Below are positions 14,025 to 31,781 of a stretch of 64,000 nt of DNA, in pieces. The notes beneath the pieces were generated by a model. It did no database searches and was not told where the DNA came from. It saw only the letters and a list, made by a program, of their open reading frames with translations. The translations under genes were made by a program, and so were the position numbers. The first letter of the stretch is position 1. Every line of letters starts with the position of its first letter. This stretch comes from Eledone cirrhosa (taxonomy: Eukaryota), in assembly GCA_964016885.1 (NCBI GenBank), contig OZ024743.1:225494001-225558000 (forward strand), given 5' to 3'.

Positions 14025-15628
14025 TTCTTTATTTTTTTTTGTGTAAAATGAAATTTTTAGCAGAGACTAAAAAAATAAACATTTAAAAACCAAACAAATT
14101 CCCCAAAGTTGAGGAGACTCCAAAGGTTACTCGTGGAGAAATCCCATAAAAGCCATGGTCACCCTGACCGCTAGGGCAAAGTGCCCTCACCCAGTCTTTC
14201 TCCTCCAATCTACAGTCATATGCTCCAGAGAGGCCCATTCACACGGACCATGCTTGCCACTCTCACCTACTTTTCAACAAACTGGTTAGAAGGCAACACT
14301 TCCCTCTCCACTCTGATTTTCCTCTTCAAGAGAAACCTGAAAAAGTTAATCAGGGCTTCACCGAAGAGGAAAGTGGCTGTCTTCGACTCTTTTAAATGCG
14401 TCCACCACATGACTTCTTTTGCCATGGGCACCAGACAGATAAAACCTGCCTGTCCTTCTTCTCTAAAGGAAGACGGTGGGGTGATCTTGACAATGGACTC
14501 AGTTGATGGTCGGATCCGTCCTACATGTGACAGCAGGTGCTTGACATTAACCTACAAGTTAGCAATACTTGGACACTCGATGAGTGCATGCAGGACGGTT
14601 TCGTCGCTCTGCGCGCATCTCGGACAGGCCGAAAGATGGCACTTCCATGCCTGTATAGTTTATCTCAAACTGGTAAAGCTCCTTGATAGCACTGCCAGAC
14701 CAGAGATTTCTGGAAGTTGTCTATGGACTCTGAACTGAAAGTCCACTGGGAAAGAGTGGCTAGTTGATTTTCATCAATACCCAGAGTTTTCCCAAGGACG
14801 TCATCGCTCTTACCATCCACTAATCATTTATAGGATACTAAGATGGAGTTTCCACCGATTGTACTGCCTGATTGGCTGAGGGCTGCGAGCGCGTGAAGAT
14901 ATTCCAGTCTCCAAACACTCCCTCTTGGTCTTTGCTTGGCTCAAGACAGCAGCTCCGTTAAGGAGGCGAGCTGGGGAAAATGTGTCTAGCGAACAGCGAC
15001 CACACCTGTTCACCATCAAAGAAAAGCTGGAAATGGCCAGGTGGTAGTAGATGCCTGCCCGACCTTTCAAGTTTAGCATCCTCTCGGTTCATTTCTGGGT
15101 GAGAGAGGCCATCTTATGTGTTACCTCGTCCTAGTTTTTGTCCATCTGGAGGTCTGGTCCAAACCAGAGCCCGAGTAATTTAACTGGTCCATCCCACGGA
15201 GCTGTTGGACGGCTTGGGCATTCCTTTCCATGTGCCGAGCTGCAGGCCCATCGGCTTTTCCTGGCTGGTTTTTGTTCCTGTCACTGTTTTGTACTCCCCG
15301 AGTGTGGTGCCAATCATCTCAATGTGTTTGGTGTTTGACAGCACTTTGGTGATGTTGTCGACATATGCTCATACGGACCTCCCACATCCTAGTTCGCACG
15401 GGATGCCTCTCAAAGTCCCCAATTTGTTTAGTAATGGCGCAAGAGTCAATACATACAGAAGAGACGAGAGGCGGCAACCTTGGCGAACAGAGTGCATGAT
15501 CTTGAATGGTTCCAAAAACGCGTCCAAAGCCAGCTGCTTTGAGGACTGCCGCAAGGTAGTGATGGCCTTTGATTGATCTAAATTGATCAAGGCCCCACCC
15601 ATGCCAGATTCCTTATCCACACTCTCTA
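14025..15628 (-). mobile_element. Degenerate L1/Tx1-type LINE fragment (RT plus C-terminal CCHC zinc knuckle)
   Basis: ORF 15369..15620 has ALINLDQSKA and VRQGCRLSSLLYVLTL, followed by *AYVDNIT (decayed YADD). ACPRCAQSDETVLHALIECP lies at about 14570-14630. Many stops and frameshifts. The 5' side is cut off by (TA)n. Confidence 0.85.
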
Positions 15629-15629
15629 T

Positions 15630-17306
<1,677 letters not shown>

Positions 17307-17506
17307 NNNNNNNNNNNNNNNNNNNNNNNNNNNNNNNNNNNNNNNNNNNNNNNNNNNNNNNNNNNNNNNNNNNNNNNNNNNNNNNNNNNNNNNNNNNNNN
17401 NNNNNNNNNNNNNNNNNNNNNNNNNNNNNNNNNNNNNNNNNNNNNNNNNNNNNNNNNNNNNNNNNNNNNNNNNNNNNNNNNNNNNNNNNNNNNNNNNNNN
17501 NNNNNN
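17307..17506. other. Assembly gap (200 N)
   Basis: Run of N. Adjacency across the gap is uncertain. Confidence 1.
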
Positions 17507-17810
17507 ACTCCACCCCCTCCCCTCTTTCTCCTACTGGCAGGTTTAGCCACCATCTCCCCTACTAATTTGCAACCACAGAATTACTACTGATTTTTGACAA
17601 TCACTTTGACCATATATGGAATTACCCCTTGAGAAGATCGGCTACTTAAATACCAGGATAAATTTTCATTTAGTCCAGAATTAGCCGTCAAAACGGCTTG
17701 AGCTCAGCTGTCGGGGTCTTACTGGTTCCTATTACCCACTCTACTACCTCAAGTATTGAGTACTTTGGTGCGTTATGGTCCACCTGGTTCCTTACCACAT
17801 TTCCTTCGTT
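17507..17810 (+). mobile_element. PLE pseudo-LTR (pLTR) copy of the family at 31782-34855, containing an HHR-like motif at 17624-17717
   Basis: Reverse complement of about 31782-32095 (cgttatggtccacctggttccttaccacatttccttcgtta matches taacgaaggaaatgtggtaaggaaccaggtggaccataacg). Same orientation as 34630-34855. Confidence 0.85.
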
Positions 17811-22198
<4,388 letters not shown>

Positions 22199-22632
22199 TT
22201 TCTGACTTACTTTCATTCTTATCCTTGTCAATAATTTCATTTATTTTCACTTTTATTTATTTTTTTATTTATTTTTACTTCACCCCCCCCCCCTTTATTC
22301 TCCGATCCACTTCCTATTTTCTATGTTTTACTTCCCCTTCTTTTACTTCCCTTGTTCCTCTACTAACTGATTATACTTGTCTTTTGTGTTTTTCAATCCA
22401 GATATATTTTTCATTTTTATTTTTATTTTATTTTTGCGCAGCCTATCCTACAATTTTATATTTGTATTTATTTATTTATTTATCCACATTTCAATATGGC
22501 TGAACGCCTTAATGTGTGTATACTTTTTTTACATATGTACATGAGTGACTACGTATGTGCGCGCGCGCGCGTGCATGTGTATATATATATATATATATGT
22601 ATATGTACGTGTATGTATGTGTGAGTGTACTG

Positions 22633-22664
<32 letters not shown>

Positions 22665-23418
22665 TATGCGTATGTGTAAGTGTCTTTATATCCGTGTTTT
22701 TGACATTTCGGTTTTATATTTTTTTGTTTCTTTTTTCTTTTTTCTCCCCCCCCCCCCCCTTCCCTCTTTTGTTACTTACCCAGTTTCATACATGGGCATG
22801 CAAACAGGTTTAATTGCGCGAGTATAAGTATGTGTATGTGCGTGTGTGTATGTACGTATCGAACGTATGGAAGTGTAAGTGAGCGTGTGTATATAAGCAT
22901 AATTATTTTTACATTTCTTTTGTGAGACACGCGTGTCTGTGTATGTATGTACCCCCGCTTTTTTTGTTTTCTTTAATTTTTTCTTTCTATCTTGTCTTTC
23001 TAATTTATCGTTACTATATTTTTATAAATATATCGTAATAGATACTTTTCTTTTATTTATTATACTCTCTTTATCTCCTTTCTTTCCGTATCTTAGTGTA
23101 TGAGTGTCCAGGCGTTTTTATGCGCGCGACTTTATTTTCTTATTTTTACGAAGTAACCATTTCCGTCTGTATAATACAGACATATAGATACATTTGCCCT
23201 AAACTTTTATAATTACGCACACTTTCTAACCATACATTTACACGTGCACATATACATATATGCACATCTATGAGCGTATATACATACACATACACACACC
23301 TAACTATTTTTCTTGATAGATTTTTATATATTTCAATTTCTATTTCATTTATCTATATATATATTTTTTTTTTGATTTTCTTGATGCGTTTTTCTAAGTA
23401 TTTGCCCATGTTTTATAT

Positions 23419-23492
23419 TGCCTCGTCTGACGAACGAATGAAGTTGTTTATTTCGTATTCGCCTCATTCGGGAAACCTCTGGTAATGAGGTA
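23419..23492 (+). ncRNA. Type I hammerhead ribozyme (intact core)
   Basis: Stem I tgcctcgt/atgaggta, CTGACGA at 23427-23433, stem II cgaatga...tcattcg, GAAA, stem III cc-tct-gg, cleavage triplet GTA at 23482-23484. Confidence 0.85.
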
Positions 23493-23560
23493 ATTATATT
23501 GTATTGATTTTATACATTATATAATGTATATATATATATATAATGTATATATATATATAT

Positions 23561-23750
23561 ATAATTGTTTCTACTTTTGGCACAAGGCCAGCAATTATCC
23601 CAGTGTATTACTGGTACTTTATCTTATCGACCCCGTAAGGATGAAAGGCAAAGTGAACGTTGGCGCGATTTGAACTCAGTCCGTAAAGGGACGTAACTGT
23701 GCTGAAAGCATGGCGTCCGACCCTCTACCGATACTGCCAATCCACCGCCC
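23561..23750 (-). mobile_element. tRNA-derived SINE (family A)
   Basis: Minus-strand head gggcggtggattggcagtatcgg (A box) and gagttcaaatc (B box). Body ctttgcctttcatccttacggggtcgataa. Close copies at 54888, 61456 and 48855. Confidence 0.85.
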
Positions 23751-24312
23751 TATATTATATATATATATATATATAATGTATATATATATATATATATATA
23801 ATATACATGTATATATTATAAGTTATATATAATATACATGTATTTATTATAAGTTTCCGGTTGGTTGGCTGGTTGGTTCGATAACTGGAAGGTTGTTTAT
23901 ATATTGTCAAAGTTCTTTCGTCGCACATTATGTGACCTCCTCAGTGATTAGGTTTTTATTTTGTGTGTCTCTCCTTTGTTTTATCTTACCAAAGTATAAC
24001 AATATCTGTTTCAATACACGTTTTCAGATAAAATATCTCGCAAAACAAATTCAAAAACGAATTATATATATGTATATATAGTTATGTAATAAACAAAATA
24101 AGATAATTATTTCATTTACCAGTGGTTTCTTGAAAGCAAACAAAATTTGCTTTCCATCATCAGAATGAAAAAATCCTGGTTTATTTATTGACAGTGGATT
24201 TTAAAAACAAAAATATAATCTATATCAAAGTGAGGCTGGAAAAGGAAAGGAAAAAGACTAAATATAAAAGTAGATAAACACACACACATATACATACCCA
24301 AATATATACATA

Positions 24313-24346
<34 letters not shown>

Positions 24347-24645
24347 TATACACATACACATATATATATATAAGCCATTTCATCCGCAGAGGTTACCCCT
24401 CCTCTCTCGTCCACACCGCTCTCACCCGCGCCCGTGCTGTCCACCGCTCCACCACCCTCACCCCACCCACCGTCTCCCCTTCCCCATCACCTACCACCCC
24501 TCCACCGCACCATCCGCCGCCTCTTCCAACGCCTCCAGTCCGACCCCTCCACCTCCCACATCTTCCCAACCCCACCACTCCCCTCCTTCAAACGCGCACG
24601 CAATCTCCGCACCCTCCTCGTCCACAGCTCCCTACCCCCCAACCC

Positions 24646-25080
24646 ATGCTCTGTCCCCCCCCCGGTTCCTTTCCCTGTTCTAGGCCCCGCTGCAACACCT
24701 GTCCCCACATCACCAACACCACCACCTTCCAGGGTCCCAACGGCCACTCTCTCTCTGTCCGGCATGCCTTCCGCTGCACCTCCTCCAACCTCGTCTACGG
24801 ACTTCGCTGCACGGAGTGCAAGGCGACTTATGTAGGACAGACGGGACGTCGCCTGGCGGACCGATTCACTGAGCACCTCCGGGATATTCGTCTCGGTGGT
24901 AGTTCCCCCATCGCCCGCCACTTTGGTGGCCCTGGACATTCCGCACGCCATCTCACAGTCTGTGGCCTACTCCAATGCCACGGAACACCCGCCAATCGCC
25001 TTAGAGTCGAACAAAGAACTATCTTCATCTTACATACCCACACTCCCCCCGGCCTGAACTCCCTACCCTTATTCCTTTAG
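24646..25080 (+). CDS. GIY-YIG endonuclease domain of a Penelope-like element (C-terminal fragment)
   Basis: Motifs LVY..YVG, R (RFTEH), E (RVEQ) and GLN, preceded by CxxxxCxxC. Confidence 0.85.
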   Translation: MLCPPPGSFPCSRPRCNTCPHITNTTTFQGPNGHSLSVRHAFRCTSSNLVYGLRCTECKATYVGQTGRRLADRFTEHLRDIRLGGSSPIARHFGGPGHSARHLTVCGLLQCHGTPANRLRVEQRTIFILHTHTPPGLNSLPLFL

Positions 25081-26167
25081 CCTTCGACCGCCCCCCTCCC
25101 CCCACACTTATCCACCACTAACAACACTAACACACCCCTCCTTTTCACCGCCCACCCCACAACTAACAATACTAACACCTCCACTCCACCCCTCATCCGA
25201 CCACCCTTCCCCAACTAACATACTAACAGCCCTCCCTTCTCCTTCCCCCCTCCTTATCACACACACAAACCTATCGGCACATATATACACGCGCTCACAC
25301 TAAACACACACCCTACTACCACCACCACTAACCCTCACCCCCACACCTCCATCCCACCACCCCGCAACTAACCTCAATAACACCCCCTGACCCCAAGCAC
25401 ACGCACCCACTTACACCACCCACCCCACACGCAACTAACATCACTAGCACCCCCCAACCCCACGCACACGTACCCACACACCCCCGTACACCACCAACTC
25501 TACACACCCTACCACCACTAACCCCCACTCACACCTGCATTCAACCCTTTCCCCAACTCCCGTATACTAACACCCACTTCATCAAACTACACACACACAC
25601 ACCAGTACACCACACTCCCTCCATATAACTACACACACCCTTCTCTCCCCGTTCCACCCACGCCCTCGTTCCACACTCACTCATCCCACTAACACCTCTA
25701 CTAATACACACACACACCCTCCTCACTCCAACTTTCACACCTACCCATCCTCGCCCCTTTACCATTCCACCCGACTGCTGCTATGCCTTCTGACCACCTC
25801 CCAGCACAAACAGACACACAGCACTCCCACCGCTTGACCACTTCCTGTTGCGTGCGCACCCCACATCTCTCCTCTTCCGACCATCTCTTCATGGAATACT
25901 CGTATGTGGAACTTGACCACCACGGAATCTACTAAACATCATAGGAATTTACCAACATTTCAACCATCCTCTTACGGAATCACCTATATAACTCACCCAC
26001 ACACACACACCCGAAAACATTTTTTCTCCCACACGCCACCTTAACCCACAACACGCTTAAACCCCACACACACGTGCTTTCCACCACATATTTACACCCT
26101 CAGCCTCCTGATTCCTCTCCCCCTACCCCTCTATCCACACACGCATAGACACTCCAACCTACAACCA

Positions 26168-26198
<31 letters not shown>

Positions 26199-26557
26199 CT
26201 CTTTCTGAACATGCAACCCCGTTCTTCCCCCAACCCTTACTTTCACATACACACACACACACACGTACACCTACACACACACACACCACCTTCAGCCCTC
26301 CCCGCTCGGACACCCCGTCTCCCTCTCCCCACCCGCCACCACCCCTACACACTCCACACCCTTCCACCACCTGTTTTACCCCTTTTTAATTTCAGTTTAT
26401 TTTGATCATGCTTTTATATTTATTTTTATTTCATTCCTTTTATTTTGATCATGCTTTATTTTTATTTTTAATTTCATTCGCACCGTTTCCTTTCGCTATA
26501 TGTCTCTCCACCACTCCCCTACACACCCTTTGAACTCTGTTCCCACACACTTCTCAC

Positions 26558-26585
26558 CTGAGGCAGGGCTTATGCTCGAAACGTC
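26558..26585 (+). ncRNA. Minimal HHR motif (degenerate) at PLE 3' end
   Basis: CTGAGGC-a-gggc ttat gctc-GAAA-CGTC. A9 is changed and stem I is weak. Confidence 0.6.
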
Positions 26586-26692
26586 GTTCCCCGCCACCAC
26601 CCCACTCTCCAGAGCGTGAAATTAATAAACATTTTTTGTACTGCCTCTCTGTTTTGTTCCTGTTCAAATTTTTCCATTATATATATATATAT

Positions 26693-26739
<47 letters not shown>

Positions 26740-27403
26740 TGGCTGCCAACTCGTTTTCGAGTACGGCCACTACTTTATATCCATGTAGGAGAACCCCTAC
26801 CGTGCGCTGAACGAGTGCGACTTCTTAGTGCAGCCAGCGACTTGAATACTCTGGTACAAACACTACGCTTGTGACAATTATTCACATATAGTGCTGGGCC
26901 CATGGTACCATGTGACGACAAGTGCAGAGAGATCTCCAGATACAAAGCAATGCCTGTGCCGTGAAGCTTTTATAGTGAGCAAAGGCACTGCACAAAGTCA
27001 GTCCCACTCTCTTAACCAAGAGGATATTTACCAAAAAGAAGAACAAGTCAACATCATTGGATACCATCAGGGTTGCAGGTGTTATATCAGAGTTTTCCTT
27101 CTCCTAGAATTCTGCCCTGACAAAGGCTAAGGGGTCATCTCTCCCGGTGATTTTGGATGGCCATTGACTCTTAAGAGCTCCTTTGCCCTTTGTATGTATA
27201 TATATATATATATATATATACATACACATACATACACATACATACACATATATATATATACACATATATATAGATACACATATATATATATACACATACA
27301 TACACATATATATATATACCATGTTTGACTAGCGGAGCACGAGGTGACAAATTCATCTTTCTGTGTGAACGTTGGCAAATAGTGTTTGTGGCATTTAATC
27401 AGA

Positions 27404-27485
27404 ATCTCTCGCTGATGAAGCCCAGGATTATCTGTTACAAACACACTCAGGGCGAAACAGATTAGGGATAATCTGTCCGAGAGAT
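27404..27485 (+). ncRNA. Type I hammerhead ribozyme (complete, perfectly paired)
   Basis: Stem I atctctcg/cgagagat (8 bp), CTGATGA at 27412-27418, stem II gccc...gggc, GAAA, stem III cagatta-ggga-taatctg, cleavage triplet GTC at 27475-27477. Confidence 0.93.
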
Positions 27486-28104
27486 ATAATGGTTATTGAG
27501 GCGGTTTGTATATTTTATCATTCTGTCTGCTTCTTGGTTAAATATTTCAAACAAATGTGGTTTTTCAACCCTTGTAATTTTAGACACACGGTTTACTGTT
27601 TCTTACTATACATTATATATACACATATATATATATACACATATATATATATATATATACATACACATATATACACATACACATATATATACACATACAT
27701 ACATACATATACATACATACACATACACACAAATACAAACACATGTATATATATATATACACACATACATACACACACACATAATCATACATATATACAC
27801 ACATACATACACACACATACATACGCACACACATATATAGATATATGTACACACACCTACATACGCACACACACAATTAATTATAAGAACAAATAATAAT
27901 AAAAAATAAAAATAAAAAACAATGGACAACCATATAATGCAAAAGGCCGTCACATCAAAATAAAAAAAAAAATTAAAAAAATATACGACTTAAGAAAATA
28001 AAAATAAAAATGATTATAAAGTTGACAGCGATACAGGAAAGGACACAAATAAACAAACACACGTGGTAAGCAGTACACACATTTACACATACATATAAAT
28101 ATAT

Positions 28105-28141
<37 letters not shown>

Positions 28142-28184
28142 TACACACACACACATATATATATATATACATACATATATACAC

Positions 28185-28223
<39 letters not shown>

Positions 28224-28254
28224 TACATATATACACACACACAGACATACATAC

Positions 28255-29836
28255 ATGGCACGCAACCTCCGCACCCTCCTCGTCCGCAGCTCCCCCCCCC
28301 ACGCCCCCGGTTCCCTGACCCAGGCCTCGTTGCAACACATGTCCCCACATCACCAACACCACCACCTTCCAGGTCCCAACGACCACTCTCTCTCTGTCCG
28401 GCACGCCTTCCGCTGCACCTCCTACAACCTAGTCTATGGACTTCGTTGCACGGAGGGTAGCGCAACCTACGTCAGACAGACTGGACGTCGCCTGGCGGAC
28501 CGTTTCACCGAAGACCTCCGGGATATTCGTCTCGGAGGGAGTTCCTCCATCGCCCGCCACTTTGGTTCCCCTGGACATTCCGCGCACCACCTCACAGTCT
28601 GTGGCCTACTCCAATGCCGCGGAACATTCGCCACCCTCCTCGGGGTCGAACAACGCACCATCTTCACCCTACAGACCCACACTCCTCCCGGCCTGAACTC
28701 CCCACCTCTATTCCTTTAGCCTTCGACCGCCCTGTCCCCCCCCCCACACACACACACGCATATCCCCCACTAACACACTCCTCCTTTTCACCGCCCACCC
28801 CACAACTAACAATACTAACACACCCACCCCAACTAACAATACTAACATCCCCTATCACGCACAAACACACACACTACACTCCCTCCACCGTCCCCCACAC
28901 CTTTCTCTCCCCGCTCCACCCCTTCACACCCCACTAACACCTCTACTAATACACACACCCTCCCTCGCACGACCCCCTCCCCACTCCACCTTTCACACCT
29001 ACCCATCCTCTCCACTGTCCACCGCACCTCCGCACACACTGACACCGACTTTCGCCACCTGTCATTCTCCTCTACCCTCCTCCGGCCTTGACCCTCTGAC
29101 CACTTCCTGTTGCGCGCGCACCCCACATCTCCCTTCTTCCGACCAACCCAAGCACGGATTACACACATTGGCCATCGTTCCCACCAATCAACTCCATCAC
29201 AAGGAAAATATCCGGCAACCCACCACACCCTCTACGGAACTACCTTAGGAACTTACCCACGGACATACACTCACAAACATTTTTTTTCCCACACGCCACC
29301 TACATCCACAATACATATAAACACAACACACACGTGCGTACCCCCACATATTTACACACTCAGCCTCCGGAATTCCCCCTCCCCATCCCACGTGCACACA
29401 CACCGACCTACACCCCACCCCACACACACACCTTTTCCTGAACATGGAACCTCGTTCTTCCCCCAACTCTCATATTCACATACACACACGTACACCTACA
29501 CACATACACCACCTTCAGCCCTCCCCGCTCGGACACCCCGCCTCCCTCTCCCCACCCTTCCACCACTTATTTATCTTCATGTTTATTTTTAATTTTATTT
29601 TTTTAATATTTATTTTTATTTGTACCCCTTCCACCGTTTTTCCTCCGTTTCCTCTTGCCCCTTTTTTCTAAATGTCTCTAACCCCCCCCCCCCCCCGCCC
29701 CACACCCTTGGAACTCTCTTCCCACATACTTTTCGCCTGAAGAAATGCTTATGCCCGAAACGTCCCCCCTCTCAAGAGCGTGAAACTAATAAACATTTGT
29801 TCGTACTGCCTCTCTGTTTTGTTCCCGTTCCATTTT

Positions 29837-29840
<4 letters not shown>
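28255..29840 (+). mobile_element. Second, more 5'-truncated copy of the Neptune-like PLE
   Basis: ORF 28255..28719 (NLVYGLRCTEGSATYVRQTGRRLADRFTEDLRDI...GLN) aligns with 24597-25080. The 3' region and terminus align with 25080-26680. Confidence 0.9.
29737..29764 (+). ncRNA. Minimal HHR motif (degenerate stem II) at PLE 3' end
   Basis: CTGAAGA-aatgc ttat gccc-GAAA-CGTC, homologous to 26558-26585. Confidence 0.6.
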
Positions 29841-29876
<36 letters not shown>

Positions 29877-30101
29877 AAAATACATAAATATTATATATAT
29901 ATATATAAATAAAAAGGTGGAAGGGGTAAACAAATAGTTGGGAATACGACAAATAATAAATAAATAAATAAATAAATAAAGGTAAAAATGTTTATTGGTG
30001 ATTTGGAGCACTCAACATATTCCTGGAGCAAATAATCAATGAAAATAAACATTAAATCACTCTGTATGTAATTATGCATACATGTATATATAATTATATA
30101 C

Positions 30102-30132
<31 letters not shown>

Positions 30133-30633
30133 ATATTAATTTTAACCCTTCTGTTGAGAACTCTATCCGATTTGTGATGTTTTTGGATTCTTGCAAAAAT
30201 ATACACAACTGAATTTATTCGCCTGATATAGGGGCTGCCTCCCTTGCCGATCCCCACGTGGAGTCAGCAATAGTCAGTCCTTGTATTAACATTGAACTAA
30301 AACATGTTGAGAAAGTGGCTTCCTTGTTCAATCATCTTACCAGAAGCCTGACATTATTTATGTAAGCGGACGGTACTTGATTTAGGAGCCGCAGAAACCC
30401 AAATACTGGATTTTACCAGCCTTCCAGGGGTCCGGGTAAATTTTCAATACCCGAATTACTTGATCGTTTTTTTGGCTATGCGAATGATTGTTTAGCCATC
30501 GTCTCAGTGTGTTTGGCCTTTAACGTTTGTTATAGCTCTGGTTCATCTGAATCATTGAGCACTTGCCTCACATCTCGGAGGTTGTTTTTCGTTATTTCGT
30601 GGGCCGAAATGCGAATCTCGATAATTTATGTTT

Positions 30634-30673
<40 letters not shown>

Positions 30674-30705
30674 ACAACACATACATACACACAGAAATAA
30701 ATATC

Positions 30706-31520
30706 TATAAATAAAAAAGGTGGGTATGTAAAGGGTAAAGTAGAAAGTCGGGGGGGGGAATAAGGAAAATAAATAACATAGGAAAAAGTTTAAATATAAG
30801 GGGAGATAAAGAGATAAGGGAGAAAAAGAATATAAGAGTACAGAAAGTGAGTTCAGAGAGTAATAAAAATCGTAGTGGATGTAAGGCGTAGAGAGCAGAG
30901 AAGAAGTTCAAGGTTGTTGAGTCGTCGTAGGAATGTCAATCCAGTTACAGATCAGATGTGATTTCAGGTGAGGACAACATCTGAAGATCTCGGTCTTTGA
31001 GTTCAGGCAAGTTGAAGTGGCCTTCAAGTTTTGTAGAATCCTAAATTGTTCAGTGGTACACAAAGAACAATTTTTTGTGCCCCTTTGGTATTCCCTCGAA
31101 AGGTCTAAAATAGACCAATCGATAGAGTACGGGATCTTTTTATCTTTGAATTCCCACACCTTATTTGCGAGAGCCGTTGCTGTTCTTTTATCAGAGTGTT
31201 TAAAAGAAGCGACATGTGCATAAAACCTGGTTTTAACCTGTCCTGAGTCATGCCAACATATCGTTCACTTCTGGCATGCCAACATATCGTTCACTTTGGC
31301 CTCATATACAACGGATTTGGTATTACATTTGCCTTGTAATGGGCATTCATCCGGCTTCCTGCAACTGCATCCTGGATTTATTCTCGTACGATTAGAATTG
31401 GTGATTTTAGACTTCATTGATGGACAGCAAGAGTAACTAATTTTAATTATATTTCTATTAAATATCTTATAATATCTATGATTAGGAGGAAACTGTTTGT
31501 CTAAGAGGTCAAGGAATCTT
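30706..31520 (-). mobile_element. PLE 3' fragment (GIY-YIG with C-terminal CxLC, Hydra-clade-like) plus 3' UTR
   Basis: RFLDLLDKQFPPNHRYYKIFNRNIIKISYSC..GCSCRKPDECPLQGKC..SVVYEAKV, then ORF 30908..31159 WEFKDKKIPYSIDWSIL..CSLCTTE..LNSKTEIFRCCPH. An internal 22-bp duplication at 31249-31296 disrupts the frame. Confidence 0.85.
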
Positions 31521-31541
31521 TGTTTTGTTTATTGTCGTTGC

Positions 31542-31621
31542 TGTTCTTTCTTCTGTCCTAATATTTCGGGACCTAAAATTCCCTTCTTCAGAGTTTAAGG
31601 AACTTTGACAGAAGAAAGAAT
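31542..31621 (-). ncRNA. HHR motif with long stem I and minimal palindromic stem III
   Basis: Minus strand reads ttctttcttctgtc[aaagttccttaaact]CTGAAGA-a-ggga..tccc-GAAA-tatTA-ggacagaagaaagaa. Confidence 0.65.
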
Positions 31622-31781
31622 AACAAAAAAAAACAAAACAAAGATTACCAGGTAACTTACTTTTTCATTACCTCATCTTACAGTCCATTTTGCATTGTTT
31701 ACCCTCCTATCTTTTTCCACATTATATATATCATATATAATGCTTCAAGCAAGCTACATTTTATTATATATATATATATAT

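Larger units (their letters stand above)
24373..26680 (+). mobile_element. 5'-truncated Penelope-like element (Neptune-like: Zn-finger linker plus GIY-YIG), with long CA-rich 3' region and terminal minimal HHR
   Basis: HFIRRGYPSSLV (RT thumb region), then ORF 24646..25080 FPCSRPRCNTCPHI...CTSSNLVYGLRCTECKATYVGQTGRRLADRFTEHLRDI...HF...E...GLN. Bounded by (TA)n on both sides. Confidence 0.9.

Noticed and set aside
23561-23750. tRNA gene
   Set aside because: A and B boxes are present, but there is no cloverleaf and it is followed by a multi-copy SINE body.
26738-27195. Unique ~450-bp island between TA tracts with ctgacaaa near its end
   Set aside because: No complete HHR core or recognisable protein motif. 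Probably a decayed TE piece, but I cannot support a call.
30140-30625. Island with small hairpins (atttcg-tgggc-cgaaat) as a further ribozyme
   Set aside because: No CTGAnGA or TTGAnAA core in the right geometry on either strand.
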